Below, piece after piece: positions 9,151-20,337 of a stretch of 64,000 bases of DNA. Both the position numbers and the translations under genes were made by a program. Location of the stretch: the IMG/VR virus record IMGVR_UViG_3300011560_000001, positions 1 through 64,000 of that record; one strand, written 5' to 3'. Position 1 is the stretch's first letter, and every line of letters begins with the position of its first letter. The DNA is from a virus. Lineage: Duplodnaviria; Caudoviricetes. The notes under the pieces were generated by a model. That model was not told the origin of the DNA, did no database searches, and saw only the letters and a list, made by a program, of their open reading frames with translations.

Positions 9151-11964
9151 ATGAACAAATACCTTAAAGCAGGGTTATCTTCCGCTGAAAATGGTTTATT
9201 GGTTCTTGAGTCATTGACAGAAAACATCAATGCTGTATCACATCCCACGACCCCTAGCAGTGTGGGTCTTGATGAGCTTTTGGCGTTGAAAGAAACATTA
9301 CATCGTGACAAACAGGTATCACGTCAACAACTAGCAATGCTGTCGTATTCCCTTCCTGACGCAATGGAAGGTAAGCCGTTGGCATTATGGACCGAGTTAC
9401 CTTCAACGACCGGTTTCAATGAAGCCTGTCGCGTTGTCGATAAAGCCATCGCGATTATCGGGGAGCAGCTGAGAAACGCATCTGCTACGCAAGTAAAAGA
9501 TCTCCTGGAGCAGGAACTTACACGCCTTGAAGAAAATGCGTCGTACGTTGACGATTTTACCGCATTGACTCAAGCGCATTCTGAACGTTTTTCTGCCATC
9601 CATGAAACATTGGGTGGTTTAATCAATCATCCAGACGTAAAAGAAGACCTTGCTATCGCTGTACAGAAATACGAAGGTAAGCTCGCACAGCTCTGGTCGC
9701 CGATCGTTGATCTGGTTGCGGCAACGCAAGCTCTATCGGCGCTTTATGCCGCTGACCGCAAAATCCTTGAACAAGCACTTGCATTACAGCCGTCTGGCAA
9801 CGATGGTGCGGATGAAGAATATAACGCAATTACTGCTGTTCCGTCTACTGATATCAATGTCCTTATGCCGTACTTCGACCAGGCGGGAAATCTCATCCCT
9901 ACTGAATCGGTAGCGGCACAGAAAGAATGGGATGGTAAAACACTTCTCAACGTTTTAGGTACCGCGGTTTTCGCATCGCGAATCATGCGTGACGTCGTGA
10001 ACGATTACCCGGAAACAGCCGCGTTGGTTAAACAATTATTAGAACGCGTTGAATCTGCTCAAGCCGATGAAAATCTTGATAACATCGGATATTTAGCGGT
10101 TATCGCACGCCTGCAAAACGCACGTATCGTTTACCAACGTATGTTAGTACAATGCGTGCGAACCGTATTGACTTACGCTGAAGCTGTTGCTGAGCTTGTT
10201 ATGTCGGTATCTGAAACCGCTACTGCTGTCCGTAGCGAAGAGCTTTGGGATAAAACGCAAGAAGAAATCGAAGCGGCTGACGGATACACACGTACCGATC
10301 TCGTGCAGGAAGGTTTCTTTGACCCAACGAAGATGGAAGGGTACGGCATCTATACCGCAGAAAGCGCGTGGGAAACGTTACGGCGGACGATGGAATACAC
10401 TATCAACATCCTAAAACGTTTGGCTGATTGGTTGGTTAAGAGCTGGCGTAATGGTAGTGCGAAAGCATCGATTCAGCAGGCGGAAGCTAACAACAGTCAA
10501 CTTACGCGAGCTAAAGACGCCCTGCTTACCGAAGGCACAAAGAAACGTTTAGCGTCGTTGCATACCGTCGGTATTCAGACCATCGCGAAATACGCTGAAG
10601 CAGGAACGATCTGGTCGGGAGCGTTCAAAGGGGTTACCGACAATCTGGGTAACGTTGCGGCATTAATCAGCTCGGAAGTGAAAGAGCTATCGAATGGTCG
10701 TGAACTCGATCAGGATAAACTCGCTAAGATTCGTGAAGGTCTTGCTCTGGCATTCGAGAAAGGTAGCTTCAATAAAGTTCTTCTTGGACATGATGGTATC
10801 ACTATCGATAATCTCGCAAGTGAAATCCGTGACTACCGTGAAGAATTGAAGGATCAGTTCAAGGAATCTACGAACGAATCGATCGATGTGGATAAACTGA
10901 TTCGATACAACGATGGTTGCCGTAAATTCCTGCAAGGACCAGTTACCGATGCGCGTAACAAGGTCAGTGGACACGAGTTGGATAATCTGCTTACCATGTT
11001 GAACAGCATGATTCGTCAACAAGCCTCTTCGCCTGAGAATAAAGGTTTAGGTGCGTTGAAGAACGAAATCGTGAACGCACGTGACCTTGCTAAAGCTGCG
11101 GTGGATATTCTCGGCATCGCACAATGGTTGGAGGTCCGAGCTAAACGTTACATCAACGCCTTGAGTACTGTTGTCGATAAAGCAAACAGCGAAGCAGCGG
11201 CTGTTAGCGGATCGTTGAAACAGGAAGCGTTCGATCTTAACGAAACTGTGCTCTCGTCCACCGATTACGATGTTTGTAGCGTCGCAGCCACAAGTCTTGC
11301 GGCAAACAGATTCCGCAACTCGCGTGATGAACTTCGTCGTCATTATAACCAAGCCTTGGAGGCTGCGTTTCAAGTCTATAACCGGGCTGTTTATAACCGT
11401 GCCGTAATCGGACAACATCTGTTGGGTGTTATGCCGCGGTTTACGGGTGTGTTCAGTAACTATCCGTGGACATTAGGCCTCGACCTTCAGGTGTCCAATC
11501 CTGCCGCGTTAAATACGTTCTGTGAAAAGCTTTCGCGGTCTATCGAGCTCTATAGTGCAGGCACTGCCGACAGCATCATACAAGCGATTGCTTTGTTAAA
11601 TTCCACAGAACTCTGTTGTGCGGTGGATCCGAACTATGAAGGCGAATCTGGTAACTCATCGGCTTTCGCAACGTATGTGTTCGAATATCGACGTCTGGCA
11701 AAAGAAGCGTTGGAGCCTCATAGTGACTTTACCACTGAAGAACAACGGCGGGGTTGGTACACGACGTTCATGGACAGTTCTCCATCATGGGAACCGGATA
11801 ATACTCCCCCGGCGGTAACGGAAGATGTTGATCCTTCGCTGATATGGGCATTCGCGTCTTTGTTCTGTGCCGCACTGAATGCGTATATCGCATTGAAATA
11901 CGGTACCGATCTCAAGGTGTACTGTTGGTTCAGCGAACAGCAGAATAGCAGCAACGTAAGATAA
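9151..11964 (+). CDS. internal head/ejection protein, multi-module (937 aa)
   Basis: LVQE|GF, KME|GY and LKQE|AF sites. The N-terminal segment (VSRQQLAML...WTELPSTTG) resembles ISRADVPEL...FTEIPSRNG of the upstream gene. Confidence 0.7.
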   Translation: MNKYLKAGLSSAENGLLVLESLTENINAVSHPTTPSSVGLDELLALKETLHRDKQVSRQQLAMLSYSLPDAMEGKPLALWTELPSTTGFNEACRVVDKAIAIIGEQLRNASATQVKDLLEQELTRLEENASYVDDFTALTQAHSERFSAIHETLGGLINHPDVKEDLAIAVQKYEGKLAQLWSPIVDLVAATQALSALYAADRKILEQALALQPSGNDGADEEYNAITAVPSTDINVLMPYFDQAGNLIPTESVAAQKEWDGKTLLNVLGTAVFASRIMRDVVNDYPETAALVKQLLERVESAQADENLDNIGYLAVIARLQNARIVYQRMLVQCVRTVLTYAEAVAELVMSVSETATAVRSEELWDKTQEEIEAADGYTRTDLVQEGFFDPTKMEGYGIYTAESAWETLRRTMEYTINILKRLADWLVKSWRNGSAKASIQQAEANNSQLTRAKDALLTEGTKKRLASLHTVGIQTIAKYAEAGTIWSGAFKGVTDNLGNVAALISSEVKELSNGRELDQDKLAKIREGLALAFEKGSFNKVLLGHDGITIDNLASEIRDYREELKDQFKESTNESIDVDKLIRYNDGCRKFLQGPVTDARNKVSGHELDNLLTMLNSMIRQQASSPENKGLGALKNEIVNARDLAKAAVDILGIAQWLEVRAKRYINALSTVVDKANSEAAAVSGSLKQEAFDLNETVLSSTDYDVCSVAATSLAANRFRNSRDELRRHYNQALEAAFQVYNRAVYNRAVIGQHLLGVMPRFTGVFSNYPWTLGLDLQVSNPAALNTFCEKLSRSIELYSAGTADSIIQAIALLNSTELCCAVDPNYEGESGNSSAFATYVFEYRRLAKEALEPHSDFTTEEQRRGWYTTFMDSSPSWEPDNTPPAVTEDVDPSLIWAFASLFCAALNAYIALKYGTDLKVYCWFSEQQNSSNVR

Positions 11965-11973
11965 CAACATATT

Positions 11974-12005
11974 CCCTCCTCCTTCCCTGATGGGTTGGAG
12001 GAGGG
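11974..12005. terminator. 32-nt hairpin family copy 1 (convergent gene junction)
   Basis: CCCTCCTCC-TT-CCC-TGAT-GGG-TT-GGAGGAGGG flanked by CATA and TATG. Confidence 0.75.
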
Positions 12006-12026
12006 TTATGCTCATGCTATTTTGTT

Positions 12027-15020
12027 TTAGACACGAAGGCCTTGCGCTAATGCCGAACTGTTGCTTTGTGCGTGTTTCACAAAACTTACATCGATCGCTT
12101 CACGTACGGACAAGATACCATCCGCTTTCACGTAAAGCTCTTTCTTCACCGCGCAGCGAACACCATCGTTCTTCGCAGTATAAACACTGAGGTTCTTACC
12201 TGGTCCAAAATCATCGATTTCAACGTTCAGGATGTCATCACCACCCTCTTCACGAATCATCGCGATCATTTCTGCTTTGGCTACTGTACGGGATGTTAAG
12301 CATTCGTTGATGACTTTCGATACCATCGCTTGAAGGACTTGACGTAGATCCAAATCCGCGTATTGCTTAGCTGGTAAGTAAAGCGTCACGTTGAACGATA
12401 GAGCGGCAGGAAGCGTTGTTTCCAATCCGTTTTCGACAATAACATCCACATACCCCAACGATTGTTTAGGATACAGTGAAATCTCTGTTTCCTCATAACA
12501 GAAATTCCTGAATGTGATGATATCGTTCTTGATCCACTCGATAAGCTGCGTAGGAATCGTGTTACGATAGTCAATCACGTCCGTATCGTTCGCGAGCAGA
12601 TACGACGCATCAATAAAGAACATGTCCAGGTTACGCAGAACTTCACGTTCATCGACAGGGATCGGATTACCGTAATTATCTTTCATGATGTCGCCTTTCA
12701 GATAACGATAGGCTTGGCTTCCATCACTGTTTAATTTCGGGTCACCTTTACGATGCAGGTATTTAACCGACAACGTACCGTCTTCACCTTGTTCAATGAT
12801 AACCGAACCGGTATCATCCGTCGCTGGAATATCTTCATCATACACCCATGGGATGTTCTCGGTATAACGTTTATACGTAATCTCCGAGGCTACCGTACGA
12901 GAGCGCATCCAAAGACCATCCAGATCATAACCAAAGGTTGCGGTGAGACGTTCACGGTAGAAACAATACCCATTTTGAAGCGTGAGTTTCTTAACCAGGT
13001 AATTATCGGAAGCACTGTGTAAGATACCGTCAACATCTTCCGGCGCGTAATCCGTCACCACATGGAAAATTTCCAAATACTGCTGCAGTGATGCCCAGTA
13101 ATCCCGCGGTGTCGATTCATACATCGAGAAAGAGGTCAATGCGATATACGGTTCATACGCCGTGGAATCATCGGCCAGGATTCGTGTAAAATCATAATTC
13201 GTGGTGATATCGAAGGTGAACAAACGACGACCTTGTTCATCGGTTGTCGGTGATGCTAGCATCGTCGCATAATCACCCTCACCCCGCGGATTGAACCCCA
13301 GCTGGATGTGCACGTTTTTATCGTCGAGCGCCTTCCATGCGTCGTTACCTTCTACAATGAGGCTTAGACGATATCCTTCAGCGATACGATCCAGACGGTA
13401 TCCGGTCACCATAGCGGTTAACGGGATCGTCTCGTTCGCGTCGAGGAATGCTTGTGTGCCGATCTTAGGGGCATCCAGGTAATAAGCATGGATGTCGAAA
13501 TCGCTTGTTGCATCTAATACGTAATGAAACGGACTGTAGAACAACATGGCGTTGTTTACCGCGTTCAACTTCGCATCGGAGTTGCCTGCATTAATACGGT
13601 CAATTTCATCGTCTGACAACAGCGCGATACTTCCGTTACTGTCACGATACAAGCAATCTGGTTTAATCGTAATACGATCGCCGTTATCGGCGACAAACTT
13701 ACTTTTCACCAATGCTGCAGCTGACGTATAGAAAGACCCCATCAACGAACCGGCTTGCGGCACGCTGTCACTCAATTGCGGTAAATCTCGGGTTGCCAGG
13801 AACGAACGATTAGTTACGTTGTCGATGGTGGTCACCATCCCATAACCCGCATCTTGAAGCACCAGCTCGACCTGCGTTCCCGTGATCGGCACCTTGGTTT
13901 TGTTCACGCCCGCCATAACGCGTTCACGTTGTTCCTCGAACGTTAATGCGGATCGTCCACCCGACAACGCCCCTTCGCTATAAATCCCTTTAATGTTGAA
14001 CGCGCTTAGCGGCGCACTGTATTTCTGTTCGGCTTTTGGTGACAGATCGATGTAGTTATCTTTCCAATCGGTCACGTCGTAATCAGACGGGTCGACGCTG
14101 ATTTTCCCTTTCGTCGTCAACACCTCAAGTCGAATAGTGCTTTTATCCATTGTACCTTGAGACAAATAAATTTCAGGAACACGCCAGTTAAGTTTGTTCC
14201 CTTCTACTTGTAACGCGATGGTTGGTGTTAACGGATCGTAGATCTGCTGGCTGTGTGTTGTCGCTATCTCCGTCCAGGTATCGTTATCCGACGACATGTA
14301 CGCCCGACAATGGTAAAACTGATCTTCGAAGGTAATGCTGCTGTTCATCCCGTGAACGCTGTTAAACGGCACATCTTTTACCAGCGTTTTAAACTGGAAC
14401 AGCGGGATACGCATCACCAACACTTTACCCGCTTTTACACGAACAACACCATACTCAACTTGGTTACTCTCCAAGGTTTGCAACGGGCTGATGTTATCAG
14501 TGTTATAAACGACGCGTATCTGGTCGTGCGCTTGCACTTGGATTTCGATGGGATAATGCAACCCGAAATCCATTCCGGCTACCGTAAACGCCGTCGTACG
14601 CGGTATCACTAACTTACGGCTGTAAGAACGGCTTAAATCATCGGAGGCGATGGTGTTTGGAATCTCTACAGCACGATCGAGGATTTCCTGATACCCTAAC
14701 GAATAAATGATTTCCGTTTTACCCGGCATCGCGAAACGTCCGACGTACGACTCGTCATACATCCAACGATAGAGCTGGTTCCAGTTCGTTGCAAGTTTTG
14801 GATACAGTTCGCGAACACGGGACTCATCCCGCGCGTTCTGGTTCGCAGCCGTTGCCGTTGCAACCTCCAGCAGATAAACAAACGGACAGCTGGGGTCAAC
14901 CAGGGTTAATTCACCATCAGAAGCCAAACGGATCATATCGCTTGCAACAGCCTGCATTTCAATAGGTGAGAGCATGTAGCGATTGAGCTGTTCAGCAAGA
15001 TCTTTGTTGGTTACGCTCAT
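12027..15020 (-). CDS. large virion structural protein, probably baseplate/tail (phiKZ gp87-like by synteny)
   Basis: 997 aa, beta-rich; baseplate-wedge-like segments (DP-PF-YLLE; GG...L-FEE-RER); inverted gene pair typical of this block in phiKZ-like phages. Confidence 0.6.
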   Translation of the reverse strand: MSVTNKDLAEQLNRYMLSPIEMQAVASDMIRLASDGELTLVDPSCPFVYLLEVATATAANQNARDESRVRELYPKLATNWNQLYRWMYDESYVGRFAMPGKTEIIYSLGYQEILDRAVEIPNTIASDDLSRSYSRKLVIPRTTAFTVAGMDFGLHYPIEIQVQAHDQIRVVYNTDNISPLQTLESNQVEYGVVRVKAGKVLVMRIPLFQFKTLVKDVPFNSVHGMNSSITFEDQFYHCRAYMSSDNDTWTEIATTHSQQIYDPLTPTIALQVEGNKLNWRVPEIYLSQGTMDKSTIRLEVLTTKGKISVDPSDYDVTDWKDNYIDLSPKAEQKYSAPLSAFNIKGIYSEGALSGGRSALTFEEQRERVMAGVNKTKVPITGTQVELVLQDAGYGMVTTIDNVTNRSFLATRDLPQLSDSVPQAGSLMGSFYTSAAALVKSKFVADNGDRITIKPDCLYRDSNGSIALLSDDEIDRINAGNSDAKLNAVNNAMLFYSPFHYVLDATSDFDIHAYYLDAPKIGTQAFLDANETIPLTAMVTGYRLDRIAEGYRLSLIVEGNDAWKALDDKNVHIQLGFNPRGEGDYATMLASPTTDEQGRRLFTFDITTNYDFTRILADDSTAYEPYIALTSFSMYESTPRDYWASLQQYLEIFHVVTDYAPEDVDGILHSASDNYLVKKLTLQNGYCFYRERLTATFGYDLDGLWMRSRTVASEITYKRYTENIPWVYDEDIPATDDTGSVIIEQGEDGTLSVKYLHRKGDPKLNSDGSQAYRYLKGDIMKDNYGNPIPVDEREVLRNLDMFFIDASYLLANDTDVIDYRNTIPTQLIEWIKNDIITFRNFCYEETEISLYPKQSLGYVDVIVENGLETTLPAALSFNVTLYLPAKQYADLDLRQVLQAMVSKVINECLTSRTVAKAEMIAMIREEGGDDILNVEIDDFGPGKNLSVYTAKNDGVRCAVKKELYVKADGILSVREAIDVSFVKHAQSNSSALAQGLRV

Positions 15021-15023
15021 TTA

Positions 15024-16229
15024 TTATCCCTCGTAATTTTGCGGAATGGTGGTACGGACAAGATCGCGACTGAACGTATCCGGTGGTAACGCCGACGGCT
15101 CAAGATCCAGATAGAATTCGTTGTAAGCATCAGCGGGTACGAACCAAAGAAGCTCTGAGGTCAACGGATGAATAAATGGATACATATCGACACGATACGA
15201 CATGATTCGACGCTCGTAGGGTGAAATAGGTACCAACTCCTCATCTTCAAGGAACGTACGGGTATCGTTCTCACCGTAATAGAACATCAGGACAAGTCGA
15301 TTGAATTCATCCTTCAGAATCTCATCGAATGCGTTGTTACCAACCGCTTGGTATGGGATAGTGATACGTTCGTTATCTTGCGTGAAGGGTTTATCGATGC
15401 TGTAGTTAGCCATATTACCAATCGGTAACCCGACAGGAAACATCGCGGTCGGTGCGAAGATATAACGAACATACATCCCAGTCGGATCCAGGATGATACG
15501 ATAACATCTTGTCCAGTAATCCATTTCATTGTCGATGATGGCCTGAGGGCTTGGCGTCAGTTCACCATTATGCACACCTGCGATGTAAATCAACCAAATA
15601 TAATGAAGGAACATGATGGGGTTACCCATGATGTTCTTGAACGTCGCGTTCAGGTTATAGGGCTGGAACATATCCACCGAACCGTCAGCCATCACAACGG
15701 TTTCTTGGCGTAATCCCGGTTTACCCTGGTAAACCTGCATTTCCATGTCATTGAAACCGCTGATATCCGTTAGGTTGTCCGTCAGTATACTTATGAATGG
15801 ATTGCGCTCATCGACGATGGCACGTCCTCGATGGTTCCGCTTTCTGGCACCCACAGGGTCCAAGTAATCACGGACAACAGCCTGAATGCTGTTAGGGTTA
15901 TCCGTGCGTAACGACCACAAACGTCGATCTCGTTTTAAGTTCGCGTCGGTAAGATGTAAATTAGGTCGTGTGAAGAAGGTAATACCGGCATGATCGCGGT
16001 TAATCGGAATCGGACTGTTACCCGGAATAGGTGACACATTCCGATACCGTCTGGCGATACTGTCCTCGTATGTCCCTTGACCGACACTGGTACGAATATT
16101 CTTCCGCGCTATTGCCCAATCCGAATCAGTGAATAACACCGCATTGCCCGCTGCCTCCACAGCTTCGGGTGTTAACGACGCATTATTCTCCTGAATGGTT
16201 TGAATAGCTTGGTCGTAGTAATTAGACAT
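15024..16229 (-). CDS. virion structural protein (tail/baseplate; phiKZ gp88-like by synteny)
   Basis: FFTRPNLHL motif; start chosen at MSNYY, which has an AAGGAAAG RBS; abuts the next minus-strand gene. Confidence 0.55.
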   Translation of the reverse strand: MSNYYDQAIQTIQENNASLTPEAVEAAGNAVLFTDSDWAIARKNIRTSVGQGTYEDSIARRYRNVSPIPGNSPIPINRDHAGITFFTRPNLHLTDANLKRDRRLWSLRTDNPNSIQAVVRDYLDPVGARKRNHRGRAIVDERNPFISILTDNLTDISGFNDMEMQVYQGKPGLRQETVVMADGSVDMFQPYNLNATFKNIMGNPIMFLHYIWLIYIAGVHNGELTPSPQAIIDNEMDYWTRCYRIILDPTGMYVRYIFAPTAMFPVGLPIGNMANYSIDKPFTQDNERITIPYQAVGNNAFDEILKDEFNRLVLMFYYGENDTRTFLEDEELVPISPYERRIMSYRVDMYPFIHPLTSELLWFVPADAYNEFYLDLEPSALPPDTFSRDLVRTTIPQNYEG

Positions 16230-16263
16230 TTTCTTTCCTTTATTTGTAAATAAGGATTTCAAT

Positions 16264-17370
16264 ATGGTAGCATCAGAAATTGCCGACGCTGTTAACGTTG
16301 TTGCGTCCGGTATCGCTAAAGTCTACGAAGTTAATAAACTTATCCAGCCGGGTTCGCTGGTTGAACTCTCACAACCTTCACGCGTTATCGCGCCGTTGAT
16401 CTTTGAACGTGAGTTGTATTATAGCGACGCACGCAATGCGTTAGGCAACTGCATGCGCACCGCTGAAAACATGTATACCGGGTTCTATTTACTGGCGTTG
16501 AATACCATCATGCAGGTGGGTAATATCAGTGTCGATAAAACGCTGGGTCGTGTGAATCCAAACCGTAACGCTAACCTGATGGATAAGGCTGTTAAATTAG
16601 CGCTGGAAAGTGCGGATAGCAAAAGCCTTGTTTTCCTTGATGACAAAGGATTCAACCTGCAGGGGAAACAAAAAAATAGCCTCGATGTTGGAGCCAGCGA
16701 CGCGGCGATCGAATTGCTGAACAAAGATGCAAACGCGGTCACCGGCAAGTTCTTGACCGTGACGCTGACCGATGGTCAGGCAACGATGAAAATGCCATTG
16801 AACATCAGCATGCGTATTGCAAGCTCTCCAGCGGAAGTGCTTGCGTCGATTTTAGCGATTGGCGGCCCACAGAACACCTGGCGAGCACGTTGGCATCGCA
16901 TGATGGCCGGTGAGCTATCTTTCTGGAGCGACATGATCCTGCTTAGTGACCTGGTTCGTGAACATAAACGAATCTCACGTATGGATAAAGAGGGTATCCG
17001 CAAGGCTGTTAATGCTGCGCGTATCAATGCCGCAAAAGCTGCAGCGAGCACAAAGATCCCTTCTTCTGGAGCAATCGCCTCCACCTATATCATCTCTAAG
17101 GCTAACCAGGAAGCCATCGAGCGTAAGATCGGACGTCGTTTATCTGACTATAACACACGTCAGAAAGTCATGGCTGAAGCCCTCGCAATGCAGTTGATCA
17201 TCATCGACGAAGCTGAAGAGATGGTGACCTTCTATTTCCACAGCTTGGATCAAGGGACCACCGTAAGCTTCAAGCAACTGGAAAAATCCAACAGTTCGTC
17301 AACCTCGGGTTCCGATCTTCTGACGATCCTCCAGGCGCTCCGTACCGGAAACGTCCCACAGATTCGTTAA
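16264..17370 (+). CDS. internal head (inner-body-type) protein (phiKZ gp89-like by synteny)
   Basis: TAAGGA RBS; ALE|SA processing-like site; position in the conserved head block. Confidence 0.6.
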   Translation: MVASEIADAVNVVASGIAKVYEVNKLIQPGSLVELSQPSRVIAPLIFERELYYSDARNALGNCMRTAENMYTGFYLLALNTIMQVGNISVDKTLGRVNPNRNANLMDKAVKLALESADSKSLVFLDDKGFNLQGKQKNSLDVGASDAAIELLNKDANAVTGKFLTVTLTDGQATMKMPLNISMRIASSPAEVLASILAIGGPQNTWRARWHRMMAGELSFWSDMILLSDLVREHKRISRMDKEGIRKAVNAARINAAKAAASTKIPSSGAIASTYIISKANQEAIERKIGRRLSDYNTRQKVMAEALAMQLIIIDEAEEMVTFYFHSLDQGTTVSFKQLEKSNSSSTSGSDLLTILQALRTGNVPQIR

Positions 17371-17409
17371 TACACGTAACCTGTTTCGAAATAGCATAGG
17401 TGCTCACTC

Positions 17410-18312
17410 ATGGCAATTGATTTTAAAGAATTCATTCGCGGTTTGAAGCCGCTTTTTAAACGCACCGGTGTTGCTGACGCACTTGAATCGATCCGCGACG
17501 AAATCAACAACACTGCGATTCCTTACTACGAGACATCCGCTTCGCTTCTCCAAAAGGGTGAAAGCGCCTTATGGAAACTTGCTGATAAGGATCTGCACCA
17601 GCGTTTAACCCGCGTTCGCTCTGGAAGCTGGGTAGAAAACGTTCACTTAGCGCTACGCAATGCGGTTGACCTGATTCCAGAAATTGTTAAACGTGTTAAC
17701 AAAAACCTGGAAATCGATGTTGCTGCCGACGGTCTAAGTTTCAAAGAAGCCGCTCTGGTACGTCTTGTTGAGTCCTTGGGCTTCTACGTTAGCTATGCTC
17801 GTACGCTGCTTCGTGCAACGGTCATCTGCGAAAGCATGCCGGGCGGTGATAAAGCACTTGGTGAGTTCTTCACCAAAAACGAGATTGCTTACCTGACTGC
17901 CAACATGTACGGTTTCGCCGTTGCCACCGAAGTGTTGTGTGGGCAGAAACAACAGATCCTGGCTGGGTTAGATAAAATCCCGGATGTTGTGGTTTCTGAT
18001 GAAGACGGTGTTGGTAACGGTCTGTACAATGCAGGTAATACTGACCCGATGCGCATGGGTTCGTGGGCTAACGGTGATGTAACCGACACGCTTGTTTACC
18101 GTTTCCGTATCTGGCGTAGCGAACGTGAAGAAGCATCATTACAAGCAGCCAAAGAAGAAGCCCAAGCGTTGGAGTATTGGATTTTGTCACTGAAGCAAAA
18201 GCAACAGAATGCGGGCAACGATCCAAAAATCCAACAGCAGATCGAATATCACGAAGAGCGACTGAAGAAACTTCGTTATGACATCAAACGAAAAGAAGAG
18301 GCGGCCGTATGA
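17410..18312 (+). CDS. internal head protein (phiKZ gp90-like by synteny)
   Basis: C-terminal charged coiled-coil; ATGA overlap with the next gene. Confidence 0.6.
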   Translation: MAIDFKEFIRGLKPLFKRTGVADALESIRDEINNTAIPYYETSASLLQKGESALWKLADKDLHQRLTRVRSGSWVENVHLALRNAVDLIPEIVKRVNKNLEIDVAADGLSFKEAALVRLVESLGFYVSYARTLLRATVICESMPGGDKALGEFFTKNEIAYLTANMYGFAVATEVLCGQKQQILAGLDKIPDVVVSDEDGVGNGLYNAGNTDPMRMGSWANGDVTDTLVYRFRIWRSEREEASLQAAKEEAQALEYWILSLKQKQQNAGNDPKIQQQIEYHEERLKKLRYDIKRKEEAAV

Positions 18313-18839
18313 GTGCACTTCGTGACGTCCCTTTAACGTTATACGGTACCGGGTTCTTTGGATTTCCGGTTAACGGCGTAAAACGCCAGGAGAACTACGA
18401 TCGTGATGTTGTTAGTTTGTATCAGCGTCTGGTCGACGGTACCCCTCTCGACAACTGGAAATATGAACGTCAGGTTCTTTCTACCCTTTATCGTTTGATG
18501 TACCCCATCACCGACTGGGTGGAAATGAACAGCCATAACCCAAATCTGAATTTCACCAGTCTGGAGTTTATCCGTGATACACTGCGGTTCATTCACACGG
18601 GTAGACGAGACACGAACGTTCAGATTGCTGGTCAATTGATTGATAACTGGTCAGATCGTCAGTCGCTAAGTTCACACCAACGTCTGGAAAGCAGCGGTAA
18701 ACTTATGAGTTATATCACGTTGTCAGACGAAGAGATGGTGCGTACTTGGCTCCATTGGGACAATGGCATCCAGGACATCATATGTACTTTGAATGCGGTG
18801 TTTGGGCAACCTATGGCACCGGGTTTTAAGGGCTTTTAA
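18309..18839 (+). CDS. virion structural protein (176 aa)
   Basis: Translationally coupled ORF in the head operon. Confidence 0.6.
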   Translation: MSALRDVPLTLYGTGFFGFPVNGVKRQENYDRDVVSLYQRLVDGTPLDNWKYERQVLSTLYRLMYPITDWVEMNSHNPNLNFTSLEFIRDTLRFIHTGRRDTNVQIAGQLIDNWSDRQSLSSHQRLESSGKLMSYITLSDEEMVRTWLHWDNGIQDIICTLNAVFGQPMAPGFKGF

Positions 18840-18903
18840 GTGGGCTAATGGCTCACTTAAGCCACATTAGCTAATGTGCAATTTATTGTAAAGGAAACAA
18901 ATT

Positions 18904-20235
18904 ATGCCTTCTATTTTTGATCGTCTTGTCGCAAATCCATCTAACGCACAGCTGGTTCAACTGGCTGCTGAGATCGATCCGGATGCAGCGGCAACCGTTG
19001 AAGCAGAACCGGCAGCTGATGCTGCAGCAGCGGATGAAACCGTTGTAGCTGAACTGACCGAACGTGCTGAAATCGCTGAAGATACCGCAGCTGAAACCGA
19101 ACTGGCTATCGAAGTTCGTGGTGATATCGAGCAGGTTGATGCTGTTGTTATCGAAATTGCAAAAGACGACGAAACCGCAGAAGCCATGGATGAAGCCATG
19201 GATGAACTGACGGAAACCGTTGTTGCGACCGAAAGCTACCTGAAAGACGGTGGTATGTCTGCACAAACCGCTCAGGAACACATGCGTAATCTGAAACGTC
19301 TGTGTGGCACTATCGGTTTCAAACTGCCGGAAACCATACCGTCCTTCGAAAGCTTCGGTGGTTCTGCTTCCCGTTACGACGCAACCAACATGATCTTCCT
19401 GGAAGAACAAAAATGGTGGCAGAAACTATGGGCAACCATCAAGAACTTCCTGAAAACTTCCTGGGAAACCTTCGTGAAGTTCATGGATCGTATCTTCGAC
19501 GGCGCGACCAAACTGAAAGCACGCGCTGCTAAACTGAAAGAAATGATCGCCAAGCGTAAAGGCACTGCTAAAAATGCCAAAGTTACCCTGGGTAGCGGCA
19601 TTTCAGGTTACATCGGCGGTGACGATCTGGTTACCGGCGCGACCAAAATCGCTGACACCTTCGAGAAAGCAATGAAGGCTGCTGACGACCGTGCTGATAA
19701 ATTCGTCAACACCGTTGTTGCTAAGTCTCACACCGAATACACTGATAAACTGAACGCACCGGCAATCGCAGATGTTACTGGTCCTGCAGGTTGGGGTTTC
19801 AAAACCAACGATGGTAAAGTAACCTGGGAACGCTCCGGTGAAGCAAAAGAAGTTGAAGCTACCGTCCTGTCCCTGAATCAGCTGGCCGCTGCGGTTAGCG
19901 GTGTTGAAGTACTGGCTGACAAACTGCTGGCGCTGAAAGGCAACATCGGTAAGAAATCCCAGGGCTTCAAAGACGCTGTTAAATTCGGCGACACAATGGA
20001 AGCTGATCTGTCTAAGAAAGGCGAAGTTTCCGCTCAGGAAAAACAGCGTGTTCAAGCGGTACTGTCTGCTCTGAAAGACGCGCGTGCTTGCTATGTGAAC
20101 CCGCAGACCGGTCTGATGAAATACGGTGTTCAGGCAGGTAACGCTGTACTGGATGGCGTTGCTAAAATGCTGAGAGATTACACCGTCCTTCCAGCTATGG
20201 CGATTTCTAAAGAAGCAAATAAAGAACAGAAATAA
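18904..20235 (+). CDS. abundant internal head protein, phiKZ gp93-family paralog
   Basis: Long A/E/D-rich propeptide with many A-x-E sites, ATE|SY and SFE|SF, then the KWWQKLWATIKNFLK amphipathic helix; very strong codon bias. Confidence 0.8.
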   Translation: MPSIFDRLVANPSNAQLVQLAAEIDPDAAATVEAEPAADAAAADETVVAELTERAEIAEDTAAETELAIEVRGDIEQVDAVVIEIAKDDETAEAMDEAMDELTETVVATESYLKDGGMSAQTAQEHMRNLKRLCGTIGFKLPETIPSFESFGGSASRYDATNMIFLEEQKWWQKLWATIKNFLKTSWETFVKFMDRIFDGATKLKARAAKLKEMIAKRKGTAKNAKVTLGSGISGYIGGDDLVTGATKIADTFEKAMKAADDRADKFVNTVVAKSHTEYTDKLNAPAIADVTGPAGWGFKTNDGKVTWERSGEAKEVEATVLSLNQLAAAVSGVEVLADKLLALKGNIGKKSQGFKDAVKFGDTMEADLSKKGEVSAQEKQRVQAVLSALKDARACYVNPQTGLMKYGVQAGNAVLDGVAKMLRDYTVLPAMAISKEANKEQK

Positions 20236-20257
20236 TCAGTTAATAAACTGACGTATT

Positions 20258-20289
20258 CCCTCTCCCAACCCGTAAGGGAAGGGAGAGGG
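20258..20289. terminator. 32-nt hairpin family copy 2 (inverted orientation)
   Basis: CCCTCTCCC-AA-CCC-GTAA-GGG-AA-GGGAGAGGG followed by TTTTATG. Confidence 0.75.
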
Positions 20290-20337
20290 TTTTATGCCGT
20301 TCTGGTTTATCTTTTGAATCATTACTGGAGACAACAC